IMG/VR virus record: IMGVR_UViG_3300044568_003163 | Coordinates: 1-64,000 of that record | Strand: one strand, 5' to 3' | Length of the DNA stretch: 64,000 bases | Shown here: piece by piece, positions 43,035-52,247 of the stretch | Layout of the letters: every line of letters starts with the position of its first letter | How positions within the stretch are numbered: the stretch's first letter is position 1 | Position numbers and translations under genes: made by a program | The notes under the pieces: generated by a model | Told to the model about the DNA's origin: nothing | Databases searched by the model: none | Seen by the model: the letters and a program-made list of their open reading frames with translations, nothing else

Positions 43035-43450
43035 ATATGTTCTAGAATTTCAAGGTGAGCTTTAATCATTCTAGGTCTAGCCATTTCAAACGGCATAAAA
43101 CCAGCCCAATCAACTTCTGCAGCTTGTAATTGAGACTTAGGTATGATTTCGGATTGTAAACCTATTTGGTCTAATGATTTAATAGGTACAATATAATAAG
43201 TTAACTTCTTCCAGGGTTTTCCTGTTTTAGTTTTGATATAAAATAGCTCCATTTCTGGACCAATCAAATTTCGAGGAACATCAATACCAATTTCCTCTTT
43301 AGTTTCTCTGATTGCTGCTTCTATATTAGTTTCACCGGCATCAACATGACCTTTAGGGATCGAATAGGTTCCATACCATCTTCCATTAGTTGGATGAACT
43401 AATAAAATTTGGTCTTTATAGATTATTGCTAATCCTGACGAATGTTCCAT
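43031..43450 (-). CDS. Nudix hydrolase
   Basis: GHVDAGETNIEAAIRETKEEIG Nudix box. Confidence 0.92.
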   Translation of the reverse strand: MEHSSGLAIIYKDQILLVHPTNGRWYGTYSIPKGHVDAGETNIEAAIRETKEEIGIDVPRNLIGPEMELFYIKTKTGKPWKKLTYYIVPIKSLDQIGLQSEIIPKSQLQAAEVDWAGFMPFEMARPRMIKAHLEILEHI

Positions 43451-45366
43451 TATTGTTTGATTAAATTTACGATGTCACCATAAGTAACAATTTTAACTCC
43501 TAGCTTTTTAGCTTTTGCAGTTTTAGAAGTAGCAGAATCGATATCGTCAGTAATTAGATATGTTGAATCGGCAGATAAAGAAGTTTGAACATAACCATGA
43601 GGAGCAATTAATTTAACGAATTCCTCTTTAGTTTTAAATCCAAATTCTTTAGGAGAACCAGTCATTTCGAATTTAATTGAATTAGCATCGATTACTGTTT
43701 TAACTTCAGTTTCTATTATATATCCGTTAGCTTTTATCAGGTCGATTAAACGAATTACGGATTGATATTCAGGAGATGATTGATTATAGAAAGGTGCATA
43801 TGCCTCTCTAGATTTTCCTGAGAAATCTGGAGTTCCACCATCGAATAGTTTAGCAATTTGTTCGGATGTAGAGAATCCTACATTTTTAAAAGCTAATGAA
43901 GCAATGATTCGAGGCATTGTAATTGCTTTACGTTTTTCAAATGATTGTAAAATAATTTCTAATGCTCGACCTTTCTTAAAGTAACCTGACTTAATAAGAT
44001 TAGCTTCGTTGAATTTTGTTTTGTCGAATAAATCAAACATGGTTTTAATACCTGCATTATAGAGATTTTCAATAGTAGCACCACCAACATTATCTAATTC
44101 GAATGTACCAATTCCTACTGATAATCGACTAATCAATTGTTCTTTACAATTTGGATTTGTACAAAGTAAATGAACACCATCAATTTCAATTTTACATTCT
44201 AGAGTAGAACATTGAGCAGGTATGTGATCGTTAATGTCTTTAACAAATACTGGAGTGATTACGTGTCTTACGATAGGTATAATATCACCTGATTTTACGA
44301 TTACAACCTTAGCACCAGGAAATAATCCTTTGGTTTGAATATTTCCAAGATTATGTAATGCAACTCTAGAAACAGTAGTTCCATCTAAATCGATAGGTTC
44401 AAGTATACCAACTGGTTTGAATTCACCGGATTGTCCTAAGTTCCATTCGATTCTATTGATATATGTTACTGCTTCGGTTGGTGGAAATTTGATAGCCATT
44501 GCCCATTTAGGGTGATGGTCAGTTTCACCAATTTTGTTTCTTAATTCATGAGGAAATTTAATTACAAAACCATCAAGTCCATATTCACAATCATGAATTC
44601 GGTAATAATGAAACATATTGAAAATAGTTTCGAATTGAGAAGGAAAGAATGTATGAACAAAATCTGGAATAAGAAATCCATTACGTTTAAGTATTTCGAA
44701 TTGTTTAGTCCCATGTTCATAAGCATTATTTTCGTGGATTCGATATTCAAAAGCAATAAAATCAAAATCATTGATTACGCTTAAGTCTTTAATTTCATCT
44801 CGACCTAAGATACCGGCAACAAAGTTACGAGGATTTTTGTAATCCATCGAATATTTTTCGTTGAATAATTTGGTTTTGATAATTACTTCACCACGAATTT
44901 CGATTAAACCTGGAATGTTGATTTCGTTAGGAACGATATGCATTATTTTAGAAGTAATATCAGTTCCATGAGTTCCATTACCTCGAGTAGATGCAGTAAT
45001 TAGCTTACCGTTTTTGTAAGTTAAGTTACATGAAGAACCATCAAATTTAGGTTCAGCTTCTAATTGTAAAGTTTTTTGTAATAATGTACCAGCTGAATTT
45101 GTAGATTTTTCGATCCAATCGTTGAATTTTTGAATCGGTAAAGATTTATCTTCTAAATCGTTTACTTGTGTTTTTTGTAAAGATAACATTGGAGATAGGT
45201 GCTGATTTTCTTTTGAAGTATCATCAGATCCTACTATGTTGATTACGTTTGAACCTTCAGCTCTTAGTAAATCTTCTAATCTATCGAATGCGGTATCGGT
45301 CATTAAAGGATTACCATCGTAGTAAGCTTTCTTAGCGTCTAAATAAAGTTTTTCGTTTGTGTTCAT
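43450..45366 (-). CDS. ligA: NAD+-dependent DNA ligase
   Basis: YYDGNPLMTDTAFD, HLSPMLSL, EPKFDG (adenylated Lys), STRGNG, EIRGE, DGFVIK, WAMAIKFP, KSGDIIP, Cys4 Zn finger, C-terminal BRCT. Confidence 0.97.
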   Translation of the reverse strand: MNTNEKLYLDAKKAYYDGNPLMTDTAFDRLEDLLRAEGSNVINIVGSDDTSKENQHLSPMLSLQKTQVNDLEDKSLPIQKFNDWIEKSTNSAGTLLQKTLQLEAEPKFDGSSCNLTYKNGKLITASTRGNGTHGTDITSKIMHIVPNEINIPGLIEIRGEVIIKTKLFNEKYSMDYKNPRNFVAGILGRDEIKDLSVINDFDFIAFEYRIHENNAYEHGTKQFEILKRNGFLIPDFVHTFFPSQFETIFNMFHYYRIHDCEYGLDGFVIKFPHELRNKIGETDHHPKWAMAIKFPPTEAVTYINRIEWNLGQSGEFKPVGILEPIDLDGTTVSRVALHNLGNIQTKGLFPGAKVVIVKSGDIIPIVRHVITPVFVKDINDHIPAQCSTLECKIEIDGVHLLCTNPNCKEQLISRLSVGIGTFELDNVGGATIENLYNAGIKTMFDLFDKTKFNEANLIKSGYFKKGRALEIILQSFEKRKAITMPRIIASLAFKNVGFSTSEQIAKLFDGGTPDFSGKSREAYAPFYNQSSPEYQSVIRLIDLIKANGYIIETEVKTVIDANSIKFEMTGSPKEFGFKTKEEFVKLIAPHGYVQTSLSADSTYLITDDIDSATSKTAKAKKLGVKIVTYGDIVNLIKQ

Positions 45367-45384
45367 ATCGTTTTTAATTATAGA

Positions 45385-45451
45385 GTAAATTTAATCAATT
45401 TTTCCGATACTAGGAAATGTTTTGACAATTATTTACAAAACTTGTTAACAA
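45385..45451 (-). promoter_or_regulatory. Early promoter cassette 3
   Basis: TGTTAACAA (45450-45442), 48 nt, with TTTC-N20-TAAATTTAC. Confidence 0.7.
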
Positions 45452-45895
45452 TTACTCGTTTCTTGCTATGTCTCTTGACACATCTCTAGATTTAATTGTT
45501 TCTCGTTTATCATATTCTTTTTTACCTTTAGCTAGAAAGATTTCCATTTTGAAAAGTCCTCTTTCATTTTGAAATATTTTATAAGGTACAATTGAGTGGC
45601 CTTTGATGAGGTCCTTTTGTAGCTTTTTAAGTTCTTGTTTTCGCAGCAACAATTTGCGGTTGCAATCCGGTTCGTGACTATTAGGCGAATTCTTTGCAAC
45701 TGGAATATGAAGGCCTCTGACGTAAAGCTCATCATTCTCAAAAATACAATAAGTATCAGTAAGTCCAGCTAATCCTAGTCGAATAGATTTTACTTCACTG
45801 CCTTTTAATTGTATACCTGCAATTTCTGACCTCAATAAGTGATAATCAAATTTAGCTTTTCGATTGATGACGTTTACGTCTTTGACTTTTTTCAT
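45452..45895 (-). CDS. smpB: SsrA-binding protein SmpB
   Basis: NRKAKFDYHLL, AGIQLKGSEVKSIR, ELYVRGLHI, RKLLLRKQE, LAKGKKEYDKRETIK. Confidence 0.97.
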   Translation of the reverse strand: MKKVKDVNVINRKAKFDYHLLRSEIAGIQLKGSEVKSIRLGLAGLTDTYCIFENDELYVRGLHIPVAKNSPNSHEPDCNRKLLLRKQELKKLQKDLIKGHSIVPYKIFQNERGLFKMEIFLAKGKKEYDKRETIKSRDVSRDIARNE

Positions 45896-46368
45896 TATTT
45901 TAAAAATTTTCTAATTGATGAATTTAATCTCTCTAGATGTTCTTCATTTTGCAAACCAGCAAATTTCGTAACATTATCAGATATAAAAGGAATACAAATC
46001 TTTTTATTAAATACTTCTGCACCTATCCATTCAAGAATAGTGTCTAATTGAGTTATTCCTAAAATATTACCAAATGAGGTATTTGATGTACCTATTAGCA
46101 ATATGTTGGTTCCTTTAAGTGTTGATGGATATCCGGAATTATCTATCAATTGCTTAAACATATAAGGAAATGATCCGTTCCATTCAGGAACTATCATAAT
46201 GATATGTGTGAAATCTTTCATGTTAGGAATATCATCAGTAGCATTTGCTAAAGTAATAATACTTGTCGCACCTTTAAATATTTCGTATTGTATGAAAGAC
46301 TCACAACCTAAGGACAGCTTATAATTTAAGCCGTCCTTTGATGATTGTGTGAGTATGAGTATTTTCAT
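45895..46368 (-). CDS. NADPH-dependent FMN reductase (flavodoxin-like)
   Basis: IVPEWNGSFPYMFKQLID motif; TSNTSFGNILGITQL. Confidence 0.8.
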   Translation of the reverse strand: MKILILTQSSKDGLNYKLSLGCESFIQYEIFKGATSIITLANATDDIPNMKDFTHIIMIVPEWNGSFPYMFKQLIDNSGYPSTLKGTNILLIGTSNTSFGNILGITQLDTILEWIGAEVFNKKICIPFISDNVTKFAGLQNEEHLERLNSSIRKFLK

Positions 46369-47378
46369 TATTTTTTATCAGCACCACCGATGTTCATCAT
46401 AACGGATTGTCCACTACCCATCATATAAGTAGGTAAGGCACCATCCCATTTTTGAATCCATTCTAATTGAATAATCTTAGGATTAGTCGAGATAGAGTTA
46501 CCTTTGATTTGTAACGCTTTAGCTTCACCTTCAGCTTTTTCGATTGCAATGTTTTTATCGATTTGAGCTTGTTTTAAGGCTTCATCTTTTTGACGAGTAA
46601 TTTGTACCATTGTAAGTACTTTTTGCTCTTCTAATTTCTTTTGATTAATGGAAGCTTCATATTGTTTGTTGTAGAATACCTCTCTAATTTGAGCAACATC
46701 AACAATTATACGATTAGCCGCTAATTCTTTTTGTAGAGCTGCTTGCATTTTCGCTTGAATTTCTGCTCTTTTATCAGAGTAACAATCAATTGGTGTATAT
46801 CGAGAAACCGTTAATGGCATAATAGATTTGATAGCCGGTCTAATGATATTTTCTTCAATCCAATGATATTTACCGGTAGCATCATCTGTACCAGAAGAAA
46901 TATTTGAATAAATCCAAGAAGCTTCTTTAGGATCGATATGCCAGTTAATAGAAACATCGAATCCCATTTTGATACCATCAGAGGTTGGAGCCCAAATAGC
47001 ATCATCAGCCTGTTTAGCACCTTCTCCTTCAGTACCTGATAATGTATATACCCAAACAGTTTTGTCCATCAATTGAACTTGATTATAAGGAGCTACTAAG
47101 TGCCAACCAGTAGTTAGCTCATCTGGATCTACTCCAGCAGGTGTAACTACAACTCCTACTTCTTGTGCATCAATTTTGTATAATGTCATAGACAATAATA
47201 CTGAAACTGCGAAAACGATTGTACTAATTAATAGTGTAAGTTTTCCTGCAGGAAATTGCATGACTTCGTCATAATTTTTAGGATCAGCCTCATGTTTGGC
47301 GTTGATTCTAGATTGGATCGTTCCAATAATTCCATAAATAAGTCCTAATGCGGACGCAATAATTAAAAATGTTAACAT
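46368..47378 (-). CDS. SPFH/band-7 membrane protein
   Basis: Two N-terminal TM helices, KIDAQEVGVVV...GWHLVAPY, C-terminal AEGEAKA...IQKWDGALP. Confidence 0.9.
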   Translation of the reverse strand: MLTFLIIASALGLIYGIIGTIQSRINAKHEADPKNYDEVMQFPAGKLTLLISTIVFAVSVLLSMTLYKIDAQEVGVVVTPAGVDPDELTTGWHLVAPYNQVQLMDKTVWVYTLSGTEGEGAKQADDAIWAPTSDGIKMGFDVSINWHIDPKEASWIYSNISSGTDDATGKYHWIEENIIRPAIKSIMPLTVSRYTPIDCYSDKRAEIQAKMQAALQKELAANRIIVDVAQIREVFYNKQYEASINQKKLEEQKVLTMVQITRQKDEALKQAQIDKNIAIEKAEGEAKALQIKGNSISTNPKIIQLEWIQKWDGALPTYMMGSGQSVMMNIGGADKK

Positions 47379-47401
47379 AGTTTTTGTTTAAAGTGTTTGT
47401 A

Positions 47402-47851
47402 TTAATATTCAGATTTTAATTGTTCTCTTATTCTAGCCTCGTACTTTTGTTGGTCTTCGACGGCTTTCGCAACTTTTTGATTGCATGCTTCAATAAATGC
47501 CGGATCTAACAGAGCTTCTAGCTTTCTATCAGTGGTTTCCATTACCATTACTGCATAATCTAAAGCAGATTTTAAATCGTAAAAGGTTTGTAATCCTTGA
47601 GGTTCAACATGATTTCCTGCTCTTACTGTAAATTTGTCAGTTTTCCCTGGTCGTTCGATTTGATAAAATATCACATAGAATTTAGACAATTCTGCTTTGT
47701 GGTGAATTTTACCGTAACGAATAAATGTAACATATTTATTATCACACGAATCCATTTGAGTTTCGATCCTCCATTCAGGTGGTAATTCTGGTTTTAAAAT
47801 TTCAGCTCTCCAAATAGGTGCTAAATTTGAAATTTCTTTTTCTGTTTTCAT
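47402..47851 (-). CDS. Hypothetical protein
   Basis: ORF track. Confidence 0.6.
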   Translation of the reverse strand: MKTEKEISNLAPIWRAEILKPELPPEWRIETQMDSCDNKYVTFIRYGKIHHKAELSKFYVIFYQIERPGKTDKFTVRAGNHVEPQGLQTFYDLKSALDYAVMVMETTDRKLEALLDPAFIEACNQKVAKAVEDQQKYEARIREQLKSEY

Positions 47852-47860
47852 TTTGTTTGT

Positions 47861-48349
47861 TTAAAAGTTATGGTCTGTTAATCGAACGTCAAAATCTGTA
47901 AAATTTGCAAAGTCCTTTTCATCGGCTTCTAATCTTCGTTCTACTGTATCAGCATCACTTCGTAATGCTAATCTATCTTTTCGGATATCAAGTGCAATAT
48001 CGATGTAAATGATGAACGAATTTTTTCGATCAGCTGCATGTAATTTACTAATTCCGGAAGGCGTCATGATAAACACGTCATCAGTTAAGTGGAATTGTGA
48101 ATTTGAAGTTCCATAATTCCAACCATTAAATGAAACATGTTCATAGAAGAACTTTTGTTCAATCATCGTTTGGAACTCATTATCTTCTAAGAAGTAATAA
48201 TCTCTGCCATCAACTTCACCATCTCTTGGAGGTCGAGTTGTATAAGAAACTCCATAACGATAACCTCTGCCTTCTAGGATTTTTCGCAAATGGTCTTTGC
48301 CGGATGCGGCTTTACCGCAAAGTATAATTCTGGATTTTGTACCTGTCAT
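47861..48349 (-). CDS. gmk: Guanylate kinase-like protein
   Basis: GKAASGKD, SYTTRPPRDGEVDGRDYYF, YGTS motifs. Confidence 0.88.
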   Translation of the reverse strand: MTGTKSRIILCGKAASGKDHLRKILEGRGYRYGVSYTTRPPRDGEVDGRDYYFLEDNEFQTMIEQKFFYEHVSFNGWNYGTSNSQFHLTDDVFIMTPSGISKLHAADRKNSFIIYIDIALDIRKDRLALRSDADTVERRLEADEKDFANFTDFDVRLTDHNF

Positions 48350-48606
48350 AATAGGTTATTTAATTTTTGTATGTTTTCCTTTAGAGTTTCTCTCGTTCCT
48401 AAATCAAATGCATGCATTTCATCGGTCGACGAACTTTCTAGATGAAGACCTAATTGAAAAGGACTCATCAAATAAAATTCACGTTTTTCTTTAGGAATAG
48501 ATTGGAGATTGATACGGTCTTTGATGCATTGTTCAATTAGATGAAGTTCTTCTAATTGTTCTTCGATGAGCTTTTTAATTGCTTCGGATAGTGAACCGTT
48601 TTTCAT
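48346..48606 (-). CDS. Hypothetical protein
   Basis: ORF track; ATGA overlap. Confidence 0.55.
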   Translation of the reverse strand: MKNGSLSEAIKKLIEEQLEELHLIEQCIKDRINLQSIPKEKREFYLMSPFQLGLHLESSSTDEMHAFDLGTRETLKENIQKLNNLL

Positions 48607-48645
48607 ATTGTGTTTTATATTATATGCTGATTTCTAATTTTGTAT

Positions 48646-48927
48646 TTATAAAGATACTGGCATATTGTACATCATCATGCAATAGAATTTTAATGCATGA
48701 ATATTAGTACCATCGGCATTCGCAATAGCACCTTTTAAATCGTTGTTTACGACGGATTGTACGAAAGAACCACCAGCATAACCTATTTCATGGCGAGTAC
48801 AAATAATAGATGTACCTATATTTACAATGTGTTGTTTATCTTCGTTGCTTAAATTTGCAAAGTTAAGAATGTAATTGTTGGCATATTTATCGAAGTATGC
48901 TTGAACTTGTTTTTTGATGTTTTCCAT
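48646..48927 (-). CDS. Hypothetical protein
   Basis: ORF track; GGSFVQSVVNNDLKGAIANAD motif. Confidence 0.6.
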   Translation of the reverse strand: MENIKKQVQAYFDKYANNYILNFANLSNEDKQHIVNIGTSIICTRHEIGYAGGSFVQSVVNNDLKGAIANADGTNIHALKFYCMMMYNMPVSL

Positions 48928-48929
48928 GA

Positions 48930-49454
48930 TTAAAATATTCTTGAGTTTTCGTTAATATAAGCAGTTGGGTCGTAAGATACAAATTGAATTCTAGCAATAT
49001 CTTTACAGTGGTTATCTCGAATACCACCAGTATCATGTGAGAATGCTTCGGCTATTTCCATTTCGATTTGTTTGTAGGTTTCAGGAGTTGCTTTTGATTT
49101 GATTACAACTTTTAAACCTTTACCTGAAGGAGTAATAAATGTTGCATGAACATAGTTTAACTTTTCGGCTTTAGCCTTTAATGTGATTACATCTTCGACA
49201 TTATCGATATCTAAACAAATTACACCATTGTATTCTTCTAATCCAGCAATTGAACGGTAGTTGAATTGACCGGTTGGCGTAAATACTGGCAGTTTGTCCT
49301 TTTTATGAGATTTTGAAGGATTTTCGTCTTGACGAATTTCTTCGATAATAGATTTGTACTTGTCACTACGAATTTCTTCGATGATAGTAGATAATGTAGA
49401 GACTTCCACCGGTTTGGTGTTTTTGACTGACTTGAAACGTGTGATTTTTAACAT
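48930..49454 (-). CDS. BT4734/VirE N-terminal-like (AEP primase-polymerase-related) domain protein
   Basis: KDKLPVFTPTGQF, YNGVICLDID, FITPSGKGLKVVI, CKDIARIQFVSYDP. Confidence 0.8.
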   Translation of the reverse strand: MLKITRFKSVKNTKPVEVSTLSTIIEEIRSDKYKSIIEEIRQDENPSKSHKKDKLPVFTPTGQFNYRSIAGLEEYNGVICLDIDNVEDVITLKAKAEKLNYVHATFITPSGKGLKVVIKSKATPETYKQIEMEIAEAFSHDTGGIRDNHCKDIARIQFVSYDPTAYINENSRIF

Positions 49455-49475
49455 AAGTTTGTTTTAATTAGATAA

Positions 49476-49543
49476 GTAAAACTAATCAATTTAGGTGACA
49501 TATGGAAATGTTTATTGATTTATTTTTTGAAAGTTATTAACAA
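49476..49543 (-). promoter_or_regulatory. Early promoter cassette 4
   Basis: TGTTAATAA (49542-49534), 49 nt, with TTTC-N20-TAGTTTTAC. Confidence 0.7.
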
Positions 49544-49544
49544 T

Positions 49545-49844
49545 TTAGTAATTAATCCAAGTTGTTAATTTTGTAGTACCATCTTTCCAAGGCCAGGATT
49601 CCATAGCGGCAACCTCATCGCCATTACAGTATTTATGAATCCATAACCATTGTTCCCAATAATCGTCATCACCTAACACTGAATAGAAACCAAAACATAA
49701 CCATTCGATTTTTAACGAAGGCACAGATTCGCATCTAGGAGTATTGAACTTGTCTTTCCATCTTAATGATTGTTTTCGTACAATAGGAAGCCATGCAAAT
49801 TCGTAGTTCCAATAAAATTGAGATGTTCTTTTTGGTGATTTCAT
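49545..49844 (-). CDS. Hypothetical Trp-rich protein
   Basis: ORF track. Confidence 0.6.
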   Translation of the reverse strand: MKSPKRTSQFYWNYEFAWLPIVRKQSLRWKDKFNTPRCESVPSLKIEWLCFGFYSVLGDDDYWEQWLWIHKYCNGDEVAAMESWPWKDGTTKLTTWINY

Positions 49845-50062
49845 TATCTTTCAAGTATTACAAATGAACCAAAATAACCATCAAAAACCTGCAATAGATT
49901 TTCATAATCTCCTGACATCATTTCGTTTATAATTTTTTCTTTGTCTAATCCTAGTTGCTTAGCGAAATTAGAAGCATAACCCATTAGAGCAAATGCATTT
50001 CCATCAGGTCCAGTTAAGTCAATAACAATAGGTCCAGTTTTTTCTTTTTTCTCTCGTATCAT
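49844..50062 (-). CDS. Conserved small hypothetical protein
   Basis: IDLTGPDGNAFALMG motif, familiar from phage small proteins. Confidence 0.65.
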   Translation of the reverse strand: MIREKKEKTGPIVIDLTGPDGNAFALMGYASNFAKQLGLDKEKIINEMMSGDYENLLQVFDGYFGSFVILER

Positions 50063-50064
50063 AA

Positions 50065-50271
50065 TTAATTAAAAATGTAATTGTATAACATAGGTCCGTA
50101 AATAATTGCAGATGATATGAATCCGCAAAATGAAATAAATACTGAAGCGACCATAACTAAATCGTCATTCACTCGATCATTAGTTTTCCTAAACCAGAAT
50201 CCAGGATCGTTGTGATATAGTTGATAGCCAATGTTTCCAATCATAAAAATAATCCAAGGTAAGTGTATCAT
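50065..50271 (-). CDS. Small membrane protein
   Basis: Two hydrophobic segments. Confidence 0.5.
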   Translation of the reverse strand: MIHLPWIIFMIGNIGYQLYHNDPGFWFRKTNDRVNDDLVMVASVFISFCGFISSAIIYGPMLYNYIFN

Positions 50272-50273
50272 AA

Positions 50274-50537
50274 TTAAGCTTTATAAAAGTTAAGTTCGTA
50301 GTTTCCTGAATCCATTCGGTACAAAATGACAGTTAAACATTTTTTAGCAAGATTACCAGTTCGCTTTACTATTAGGTCCAAATGATAAAATACGGTTTGT
50401 CCATATGCTACATGTTCGGTCCATATGTTTTCCGGAAATTTGATTTCGTAATGATTTTCATCAATGATAGATTGATATGCATTTTGCAATGCTTCATTTT
50501 GAGTAGCGAAATAAGTAGTTGGTTGGTATTTTGACAT
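50274..50537 (-). CDS. Hypothetical early protein
   Basis: First gene after promoter cassette 5. Confidence 0.6.
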   Translation of the reverse strand: MSKYQPTTYFATQNEALQNAYQSIIDENHYEIKFPENIWTEHVAYGQTVFYHLDLIVKRTGNLAKKCLTVILYRMDSGNYELNFYKA

Positions 50538-50560
50538 AATGAATTAGTTTAATTTGATAT

Positions 50561-50617
50561 ACAAATATAACAAAAAAACTCGATATTAAAAAATATCGAG
50601 TTAAAAGTTATTAACAA
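50561..50617 (-). promoter_or_regulatory. Early promoter cassette 5, with embedded hairpin that probably terminates the tmRNA transcript
   Basis: TGTTAATAA (50616-50608), 38 nt with AACTCGATATT/AATATCGAGTT stem plus T-run, TATATTTG (50569-50562). Confidence 0.75.
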
Positions 50618-50629
50618 AATAACCAGTAG

Positions 50630-51004
50630 TGGACCTAGTGGGAATCGAACCCACGTCTTGGAAAGATGTACAATGTATTCATTCACAGGCTTAGCAATAT
50701 TTTCTAACTTTGCAAAATATAAGGTTGGGTTAACACAGTTCCTTACCTTCAACTAACTGAGTGATATTATACTCCTGACACTAAGGAGTAATCGCTGTCG
50801 AATTTCTGTTCCTGAGTAATCGAGACTCGATTGCTTATGCAGCCATTAAGACTTCACCAGCACCAACGAATGCCATAGCATCTTCGAAGGTCATTGTTGA
50901 CTTGTTGTCATTTAAAAAGTTACATAGGTGATTTAAGAGTTTCCGATGCTAACTCTGCCTGCATATCAAAGAACTGGTCTACCAATCAAAGCCTGGTTAG
51001 GCCC
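50630..51004 (-). ncRNA. ssrA: tmRNA, 375 nt; tag (A)DNKSTMTFEDAMAFVGAGEVLMAA
   Basis: Acceptor GGGCCTA/TAGGTCC-A with G3:U70, T-arm GTGGG-TTCGATT-CCCAC, tag ORF 50909-50835 after TTTTTAAAT ending in Ala-Ala-stop; smpB lies 5 kb away. Confidence 0.93.
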
Positions 51005-51044
51005 ATTAGAACTTCGAGTCTAAATCAATAGACTCGAAATTAAA

Positions 51045-51242
51045 TTAATTAGCTGGTGTAGCAGCTGGAGTAGTTGTAGGAGTTACAACTTTTAATGAAT
51101 CAACTTTAGTTGAATCTACTTTTACTGAATCAACTTGAACTGCAGTTGAATCTGTTGAAGTTTCTGTTGTAGCAGTTGTTTGTTTACAAGATACTACTGT
51201 TAATGCAGCAATGATTGCTAGGCTTAAAATTACTTTTTTCAT
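51045..51242 (-). CDS. Small lipoprotein (SPase II signal), Thr/Ser/Asp-rich
   Basis: MKKVILSLAIIAALTVVS-C lipobox; repeated DST/DSV/DSL. Confidence 0.8.
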   Translation of the reverse strand: MKKVILSLAIIAALTVVSCKQTTATTETSTDSTAVQVDSVKVDSTKVDSLKVVTPTTTPAATPAN

Positions 51243-51300
51243 TTCGATTTGTTTTTATATTTATTTAAGTTCTGTCAACATCCATGACAGTTTGGATTAA

Positions 51301-51585
51301 TTATTCAGTGATTACTGGTTGGTATTCAAAGGTATCTAAATTCAGGTTGAATTCGCCGTATTTTGCAAATAAGACAGATCTAAATTCCTCTTCGTCTAAA
51401 CGAATTTGCTCGATTTGCTGAGACATTTCTGTAATTTTTTGAATTAGCTCAGTTTTTTCTCCTTCAATTTTATTTACTTCTTCGCTCATACTTTCAATAA
51501 GTTCGAACATTTCTGAATATCTTTTAATAAAGGATTTTAATTTTTCTATCTCGCTAGGAGCAAGTCTTTTTACTTCTTCTGACAT
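51301..51585 (-). CDS. Coiled-coil hypothetical protein
   Basis: Heptad pattern; FAKYGEFNLNLDTFEY tail. Confidence 0.6.
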   Translation of the reverse strand: MSEEVKRLAPSEIEKLKSFIKRYSEMFELIESMSEEVNKIEGEKTELIQKITEMSQQIEQIRLDEEEFRSVLFAKYGEFNLNLDTFEYQPVITE

Positions 51586-51815
51586 TATGATTTTTCTATT
51601 TTTTCGAAAGGATATACCTTACTAATTGTTTTATTGAATTCAGCACCTACAGAATCTGACGTTGAAAATTTCACATAATCATCTTCAGTTACTCCATCAT
51701 AACGATACATTGCATCGCCTTTAAAAATTACATAAAGTGATTGTGATTTAAAATCATAACTTGAAGATTCGATTGTAGATGAATCATAAGTAACATTTTC
51801 GGTAGTTTTTCTCAT
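51585..51815 (-). CDS. KTSC domain protein
   Basis: DSSTIESSSYD...LYVIFKGDAMYRYDGV...SDSVGAEFNKTI. Confidence 0.88.
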   Translation of the reverse strand: MRKTTENVTYDSSTIESSSYDFKSQSLYVIFKGDAMYRYDGVTEDDYVKFSTSDSVGAEFNKTISKVYPFEKIEKS

Positions 51816-51830
51816 GTTTATTATATGTTA

Positions 51831-52097
51831 TTAGTTAGTTCTAGAATCAAATTTAAACTTAATTCCATTTGAAATTCCAAAAGATTTTCGATTTCCTAAA
51901 TGGTGAAGTTTTTGTGCAGTTTCTTGGTCAACAATTTCTATTTGCGAGTATTCGTTTTTCCCTGAAATTATTGTGTGACAGGCTACAGCCTTTGTATCTG
52001 AACATTTAACACAGGTAGTAGTAAAAGGTAGAATTTCTACTCGCTTAGGATGGATTTGTTCGCCACATCCTTTGCAATATTTCGTAGTTTCGCTCAT
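51831..52097 (-). CDS. TraR/DksA C4-type zinc-finger protein
   Basis: CKGCGEQIHPKRVEILPFTTTCVKC. Confidence 0.8.
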   Translation of the reverse strand: MSETTKYCKGCGEQIHPKRVEILPFTTTCVKCSDTKAVACHTIISGKNEYSQIEIVDQETAQKLHHLGNRKSFGISNGIKFKFDSRTN

Positions 52098-52100
52098 AGT

Positions 52101-52223
52101 TTATTTATTTTCAGTTTCGAATTGATTAGCCGTTTCACTGAAACTAGGTGAGTAATTAGCCATTGATGCATAAGAATTACGAGATTCTTGTTGTTCTTTT
52201 AATTCGATTTGAATAGAGTCCAT
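52101..52223 (-). CDS. Unlisted 40-aa ORF (MDSIQIELKEQQESRNSYASMANYSPSFSETANQFETENK)
   Basis: Manual translation; fills the gap between promoter cassette 6 and the zinc-finger gene. Confidence 0.5.
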   Translation of the reverse strand: MDSIQIELKEQQESRNSYASMANYSPSFSETANQFETENK

Positions 52224-52247
52224 AATGTGATTGTTTAATTTTGATAA

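Noticed and set aside
43450-45366. Intein or intron in ligA or other replication genes
   Set aside because: Lengths and motif spacing are normal; no splicing or homing-endonuclease motifs.
50549-50752. 67-aa minus-strand ORF in the track
   Set aside because: It overlaps the tmRNA 3' domain and promoter cassette 5; it is a shadow of ssrA.
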